From positions 186,001 to 250,000 of the forward strand of contig CDROCS010001674.1 in the NCBI GenBank assembly GCA_977020255.1: a stretch of 64,000 nt of DNA, given 5' to 3'. This stretch comes from Obrimoposthia wandeli. Lineage: Eukaryota. Shown here in pieces: positions 58,868-64,000 of this stretch (position 1 is the stretch's first letter; each line of letters begins with the position of its first letter). The translations under genes and the position numbers were made by a program. The notes under the pieces are model-generated. The model had not been told where the DNA came from and made no database searches. It was given only the letters and a program-made list of their open reading frames with translations.

Positions 58868-58983
58868 TCTCAGACGATAATTAGTCTCAGACGACAATTA
58901 GTCTCAGACGACAATTAGTCTCAGACGACAATTAGTCTCAGACGACAATTAGTCTCAGACGACAATTAGTCTCAGATCAGTAA
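58829..58983. repeat. 17-bp VNTR (TTAGTCTCAGACGACAA), 9 units
   Basis: Five perfect units at 58881-58965 with degenerate 17/18-bp units on either side. Confidence 0.95.
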
Positions 58984-59140
58984 TTAGCACGATGCTTCTG
59001 TTGATTCAGCCAGAACATGATAAGTAAACGAATGGGGAATGGGGTTAGCTGGTTATTAAATGATGATGATTCAACCAAGAAACACGGTTGAATCACCAAT
59101 TTAACACTCGCTTTGAATGACAATACGCATTGAATGAAAA

Positions 59141-59620
59141 TTAGCGACCTAGTAGTAGCGTCTTTTCGATCTCACGGTAATAATGTGCAGTGTTAATGAG
59201 TGATGTAGCGGTAAGTCCAGGCACGCCATAAACTTCAACATCAATACCATGTTTGGTTTGTACTTTCTCTACGAGTAAATCAAAATCACCGTCACCAGAA
59301 AGTAAAATTACACGATCAACATCGCCAGCATGTTCAATCACATCAAGTGTTATACCAACATCCCAATCACCTTTCGCTGACCCATCGCTGCGTTGAATAA
59401 AGGGTTTAAGTTTTACTTCAAAACCGATACCACGAAGAATATTTTGGAATTGACCCTGCTTTTCATCACCTCGATGAATCGCATAAGCATAAGCTGCAAC
59501 TACTTCACGACCTTGCGTCGCTTCAGCCCAAAATGCATTGTAATCAAAATTACACTTATACTTATCTTTTACGGTGTAATAGATGTTTTGAACATCAACG
59601 AAAATGGCAACTTTTTCCAC
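59141..59620 (-). CDS. NYN-domain (LabA/DUF88) protein
   Basis: IFVDVQN, KGDWDVGITLD, SGDGDF. Confidence 0.88.
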   Translation of the reverse strand: MEKVAIFVDVQNIYYTVKDKYKCNFDYNAFWAEATQGREVVAAYAYAIHRGDEKQGQFQNILRGIGFEVKLKPFIQRSDGSAKGDWDVGITLDVIEHAGDVDRVILLSGDGDFDLLVEKVQTKHGIDVEVYGVPGLTATSLINTAHYYREIEKTLLLGR

Positions 59621-59871
59621 AATAATCCTGATCTTAGGTTAATTAAGAATATGCAGCACCATGGTGACGTGAATTACATAAAAATTCAAGCTAACTCTGT
59701 TGAACAATATCACTGGGTAAAATCACTTTGTTTTGTAAAGCGTCACTGAATAGTGCTGAAAATCAGCCGAAAAGTGTTTATTTATATGCATTCATGCTCA
59801 ATATAAAATAAAGTGGGTACCAGTTTGTATTTAATTGTTTTAAGCGACAGAGATAATAAGAGAGAAGAATC

Positions 59872-60612
59872 ATGAAAAGTATCTTGATTGGTGGGTTGTT
59901 ATTGAGCTCTACAGCTGTATTTGCACAAAGTTGTCCTGTCGATGTACCCAACGAAATTCACATCAATAATGGTGAAGTCTCTGTTTATCAGAGTGGCCAA
60001 CCGAAAGTCATGATAGATGAAGATAACAATGTCTTTATCAATGGCAAACAACTGGATTTAAGTGCAATGCAACGTCAGGCTTTGGAAGCCTACAGTAATG
60101 GCGTTAAAGAATATCTTCCGAAAATGGCAGATATAGCCAGTGATGGTGTAAGTATCGCCACTGATGTTCTTGATGAAGTTTCATCGAGTTTTGATTCAAA
60201 AGAGTCATTTGCCAACGTTGAAGCCTTGATTGATGAATATGGTCAAAAAGCACAAGATAAATTCTACAAAGACGATGAATTTGTTATGCCAGCCGATATG
60301 TTTTCCGATGTAGATGAAAGTTGGAAAACAGAATTTGATGAAGCGATGAAGCACGTCAGTGTTGAATCAATGTCGAGCTTATTTGCCGCGTTATCTGATG
60401 AAATGAAAGACGGCGAGATTAACTTTACTGAGCTTCAAACGAAATTCTCAGATCTAAAACAGCGTATTGAAGAGCGCGTAAAAGCCAGATCAGGTGAAAT
60501 GGCAGTGAAAGCGGATGACTTGTGTAGTTCGATTAAAGGCCTGGCTCAAGAAGAGCAAGAGTTACATAAAGCGATTCCTGAATTGAAAGATTATCAGATG
60601 TTTGAGATATAA
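59872..60612 (+). CDS. YggN/DUF2884-like exported protein
   Basis: Signal peptide, QSCPVDV, LFINGK-like segment, C-terminal LC...IPELKDY. Confidence 0.7.
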   Translation: MKSILIGGLLLSSTAVFAQSCPVDVPNEIHINNGEVSVYQSGQPKVMIDEDNNVFINGKQLDLSAMQRQALEAYSNGVKEYLPKMADIASDGVSIATDVLDEVSSSFDSKESFANVEALIDEYGQKAQDKFYKDDEFVMPADMFSDVDESWKTEFDEAMKHVSVESMSSLFAALSDEMKDGEINFTELQTKFSDLKQRIEERVKARSGEMAVKADDLCSSIKGLAQEEQELHKAIPELKDYQMFEI

Positions 60613-60797
60613 TTGATCTGCATGAATTTAAATTTATTTCTCAGTTAAACGACAGATCATGAATTTAGTGCTACTTGTTGCTTAATGGTGGCACTTTTTA
60701 ATCGTTAATCTGCTTAGTCACTCATAATAAATAGACCCTTAAATGAATAAGTTAGCACTGTGCTAAGATGACTTATCCGTTTTAAGAGGCTGATACT

Positions 60798-60953
60798 ATG
60801 TTAAAGATCGGCGTGATCATTGGGTTACTTGCTCTCGGTTTGTTAGCGACTAAGTATCTTGATGAAAAGATTCAGAAAAAAATCTTTATCGGGTTAGCTG
60901 CTATTGCAGCAGGTGCTATTGTTTTATTTATGGGTGCAGAACTATTCCGATAA
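60798..60953 (+). CDS. Small two-TM membrane protein (51 aa; absent from the ORF track)
   Basis: Hand translation MLKIGVIIGLLALGLLATKYLDEKIQKKIFIGLAAIAAGAIVFIMGAELFR; GAGG RBS. Confidence 0.7.
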   Translation: MLKIGVIIGLLALGLLATKYLDEKIQKKIFIGLAAIAAGAIVLFMGAELFR

Positions 60954-61134
60954 TATTTCTATATGATTTACAAAACAGGGTACACGTACTCCAGCACGAT
61001 GATTAAAATCATAAAGCTAAGCACCTCGCCACTTTCGTAAAATGGTGTATCGAGATTGCTTAGCCCTTCATTAAAAATCGTTAACGTATTTTAGGACGAT
61101 ACCCTGTCAATAATTCTGTGTTATTGCATCTTTT

Positions 61135-62130
61135 TTATAACATATCGGTTAAAGCAATTCCCACACCAATGCGTTGTTGGTTGTGGTTATAGTCTATTAG
61201 ACTTTCACCGTACCCCGTTGTGTATTGTGCATACCCACGTAAACGTCCCCATAATGGAAATGTTAACCCTAACTCAGCATAGCCCTTGTGTTCACTGAAA
61301 TTCTGACGCCCTAAAAAGGTGAATTCATATTCTTCCAAGCGGTAAGCTGAAGATAATTCAAAGTGCCCCATGTAGTCTTCAATATCAGGGTTGTCATCAC
61401 CATCTGCACTGTCTGGTGTTTCCTTTTCATCTTCAGGTAAACGCCACCAAGGACGCAAAGAGAGAGCAAAATTATTTTTTTCAAAAACAAAATCGGTGTA
61501 AATACGGTTCCAACTACGCGATAACTCTTGGCTACGGCCGTTAGATTCATGTTCAATACCGAATGCTACCCATGTATTACCGTCTAATGGTGTCCATGGA
61601 GTAGGAGCAAAATAGAACATTTCAGGTCGATAGTTGGTTTCTCTGAATGGGCTAGAAATATCATCGGCGTAAACCTGCCACCAAGATTTTAATGTGATGC
61701 CAAAAAACAACCCATCGCCTTCGATAAACATGCTGTCGTAATTCAAGGGCACTTTGAAGCTGATCTGAAATTTAGCTTCGACATCTTTAAGGCTGTCTTT
61801 CCAGCCAGTTTTGGCATAAGCGTCTTTGTTTACATCGTTGGTATACGTTACAGGTAAGATGTAATTCATTCTATGCGGTGTAATCACATAAGGATTGAAT
61901 GCGTTTTTACGCTCATTTGCCATCCGTTCAGACAGTAAATCTTGTTCGTTTTTAGCGAGCTCTGCATCGGTTTTACATTTTGCTCTTACTTCACCCAGTG
62001 TTAACTCATGATCGTGATATTTTACAGCATTGAGTAGGCAGGCATTGTAACTGATAGGCTGCTCTGCAAATGCCTTGAAAGAGACGGTAAAAAGAAGGAT
62101 TAATAAGCATGAAATGTAGTGATGAGTCAC
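61135..62130 (-). CDS. pldA: Outer-membrane phospholipase A
   Basis: KFQISFK, SSPFRETNYRPE, EHESNGR, RSWNR, GYGESLIDYN. Confidence 0.93.
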   Translation of the reverse strand: MTHHYISCLLILLFTVSFKAFAEQPISYNACLLNAVKYHDHELTLGEVRAKCKTDAELAKNEQDLLSERMANERKNAFNPYVITPHRMNYILPVTYTNDVNKDAYAKTGWKDSLKDVEAKFQISFKVPLNYDSMFIEGDGLFFGITLKSWWQVYADDISSPFRETNYRPEMFYFAPTPWTPLDGNTWVAFGIEHESNGRSQELSRSWNRIYTDFVFEKNNFALSLRPWWRLPEDEKETPDSADGDDNPDIEDYMGHFELSSAYRLEEYEFTFLGRQNFSEHKGYAELGLTFPLWGRLRGYAQYTTGYGESLIDYNHNQQRIGVGIALTDML

Positions 62131-62276
62131 AGAGAGTCCTTTCTATGTTATTAACGAACAATAAAAATAGAGTGTTGCTCGTTTGTATTTATAACACCGT
62201 AATGTACCAATGAGCTAAGTGTTGTTCGAATAATGTTAAATTAATTAATAAAAACGAAAGCTTATAAAAAAGACAC

Positions 62277-62306
62277 AAAAAAGGCGCTGAATATTCAGCG
62301 CCAATT
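62277..62306. terminator. Terminator after ygiQ
   Basis: GGCGCTGAA-t-aTTCAGCGCC; T-run on the minus strand. Confidence 0.75.
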
Positions 62307-62313
62307 TAATCAA

Positions 62314-63999
62314 TTATTTTGCTTTTGTTCTGCTTCGATTAGGATTTCCGCCTTGACCTTGACGAGTCGAGGTTGGCTTACCTGGTTTACTTGGGCGGTT
62401 GCCTGAAGGTTTACCACTCGCAGATGCAGAGTAATTACCTACATCACTTCCTTGGCTTCTTGAACCAGGCTTATTTCCAGGTTTAGTGCCAGCTTTGCCT
62501 ACAGGTTTACCGTTTGACGGAGTATTACCGTTCGACGAGGTATTACCATTTGGTCGGTTACCCGTGGTAGGGCGGCTGCCTGGTGGGCGTTTACCATCTT
62601 TACGAATATCTGGCTGATTCGGGTGCTTGGTTGCAAAACGTTTTGCACCATGACGACCTGATTGACGACGTTGTGCTGGCGTTAGCTGTGATTCTTGATC
62701 AGAACCTTCTTCAGGCACTAAACAATTGGCGCGATCACCGATAAGGTATTTCTTACCCATTGAAATCAGCGTTTCACGAATAAGCGGCCAGTTAAGTGGA
62801 TCGTGATAACGTAATAGGGCTTTATGCACACGACGTTCACGTTCACCTTTTGCAACAAATAATTCTTCACGCTTCTTATATTTAACACGTTTTAGCGGGT
62901 TAGTTTCAGAGTGATACATAGAGGTTGCATTACACATCGGTGACGGATAGAAGTTCTGAACCTGATCGCACTCATATTCATATTTCTTTAGCCACAATGC
63001 TAAGTTCAACATATCTTCATTGGTTGAACCCGGGTGCGCTGAAATAAAGTAAGGAATCAGGTATTGTTTCTTACCTGCATCTTTACTGTATTTTTCGAAC
63101 ATATTCTTAAAGCGATCGTATGTGCCCATGCCTGGTTTCATCATCAGGTCTAGGGTGCCTTTTTCTGTGTGTTCAGGCGCAATCTTTAAGTAACCACCCA
63201 CGTGGTGAGTCACAAGTTCACGTACGTATTCAGGCGATTCAACCGCTAAATCGTAACGCACACCCGATGCAATCAATACCTTTTTAATACCATCAACTTT
63301 GCGAGCTTCACGATAAAGATCGATGGTATGTCTATGGTCGGTATTTAGCTTTTCACAGATTTTAGGGAAGATACAAGATGGACGACGACAGTTAATTTCC
63401 GCCTTAGGATCTGAACAGCCTAAGCGGTACATGTTTGCAGTCGGACCACCAAGATCTGAAATAGTACCCGTGAACCCCGGTACTTTATCGCGTATATCTT
63501 TCAGTTCATCAATAATCGATTCTTGAGAACGGTTTTGAATAATACGCCCTTCGTGTTCGGTAATTGAACAGAAGCTACAGCCACCAAAACAACCACGCAT
63601 GATATTCACAGAGGTTTTAATCATGTCGTAAGCTGGAATTTTCGCTTTACCGTATGAAGGGTGTGGAACGCGTGCGAAAGGCAAGCCAAACACAAAATCC
63701 ATTTCTTCAGTTGTTAGTGGAATAGGGGGCGTATTAATCCATAATTCGCGATCACCGTGTTTTTGAGCCAATGCACGAGATGAATACGGGTTCGCTTCTA
63801 AGTGCATTACTCGGCTTGCGTGTGCATACAGAATACGGTCGTTACATAACTTTTCATACGAAGGTAAACGTATATAAGTATTTTTTGGATCATGACGAGA
63901 AGCCGTTACAACGATAGGCTTAGCAACGGGTTCTACCTTTACTTCATCTTCTTGCTTGGTTTTACATTCTTCTTCTGTCGCGTAAGGGTTGATCATAGG
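62314..63999 (-). CDS. ygiQ: YgiQ-family radical SAM protein, 5' end outside the window
   Basis: [49 protein letters not shown]. Confidence 0.92.
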   Translation of the reverse strand, partial: PMINPYATEEECKTKQEDEVKVEPVAKPIVVTASRHDPKNTYIRLPSYEKLCNDRILYAHASRVMHLEANPYSSRALAQKHGDRELWINTPPIPLTTEEMDFVFGLPFARVPHPSYGKAKIPAYDMIKTSVNIMRGCFGGCSFCSITEHEGRIIQNRSQESIIDELKDIRDKVPGFTGTISDLGGPTANMYRLGCSDPKAEINCRRPSCIFPKICEKLNTDHRHTIDLYREARKVDGIKKVLIASGVRYDLAVESPEYVRELVTHHVGGYLKIAPEHTEKGTLDLMMKPGMGTYDRFKNMFEKYSKDAGKKQYLIPYFISAHPGSTNEDMLNLALWLKKYEYECDQVQNFYPSPMCNATSMYHSETNPLKRVKYKKREELFVAKGERERRVHKALLRYHDPLNWPLIRETLISMGKKYLIGDRANCLVPEEGSDQESQLTPAQRRQSGRHGAKRFATKHPNQPDIRKDGKRPPGSRPTTGNRPNGNTSSNGNTPSNGKPVGKAGTKPGNKPGSRSQGSDVGNYSASASGKPSGNRPSKPGKPTSTRQGQGGNPNRSRTKAK

Positions 64000-64000
64000 C

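Noticed and set aside
58829-58983. CRISPR-like reading of the 17-bp repeat
   Set aside because: Head-to-tail units with no spacers.
714-63526. The many 60-120-aa ORFs overlapping larger genes in other frames or on the opposite strand
   Set aside because: No motifs or start signals; expected by chance opposite real genes.
1-64000. Intact prophage, integron cassettes, defence systems or rRNA
   Set aside because: No structural phage genes, attC-like repeats, recognisable defence genes or rRNA sequence were seen.

Overview
Chromosomal window from a member of the Vibrionaceae, probably Photobacterium (inferred from gene content and the interspersed repeat family). Most of it is ordinary metabolic DNA: the AmmeMemoRadiSam trio, a complete nrf nitrite-ammonification locus, an alkyl sulfatase, an oxidised-chitin/D-glucosaminate-type catabolic cluster (GH20, deaminase, RpiR regulator, deacylase, Rid, SSS transporter, kdgK, eda), a Cys-Gly-Leu-Gly tRNA operon, pxpABC plus a gamma-glutamylcyclotransferase, fadL, ydiJ, aqpZ, pldA and ygiQ. 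The unusual signals lie between genes. (1) A tandem array of 149-bp tRNA-Gly-derived units with a replaced T-loop, ending in a fusion to a MITE-like fragment. (2) A probable decayed integrative element at 8274-11780, with near-identical flanking 22-mers, a tyrosine-integrase C-terminal relic, an intact MCP and yqeC/mocA relics. (3) A ~265-bp TA-flanked MITE family whose two subfamilies keep the same nested hairpins through compensatory changes. (4) A decayed IS1595-family element and two VNTRs. All assignments come from motif recognition and hand translation; no database search was run.
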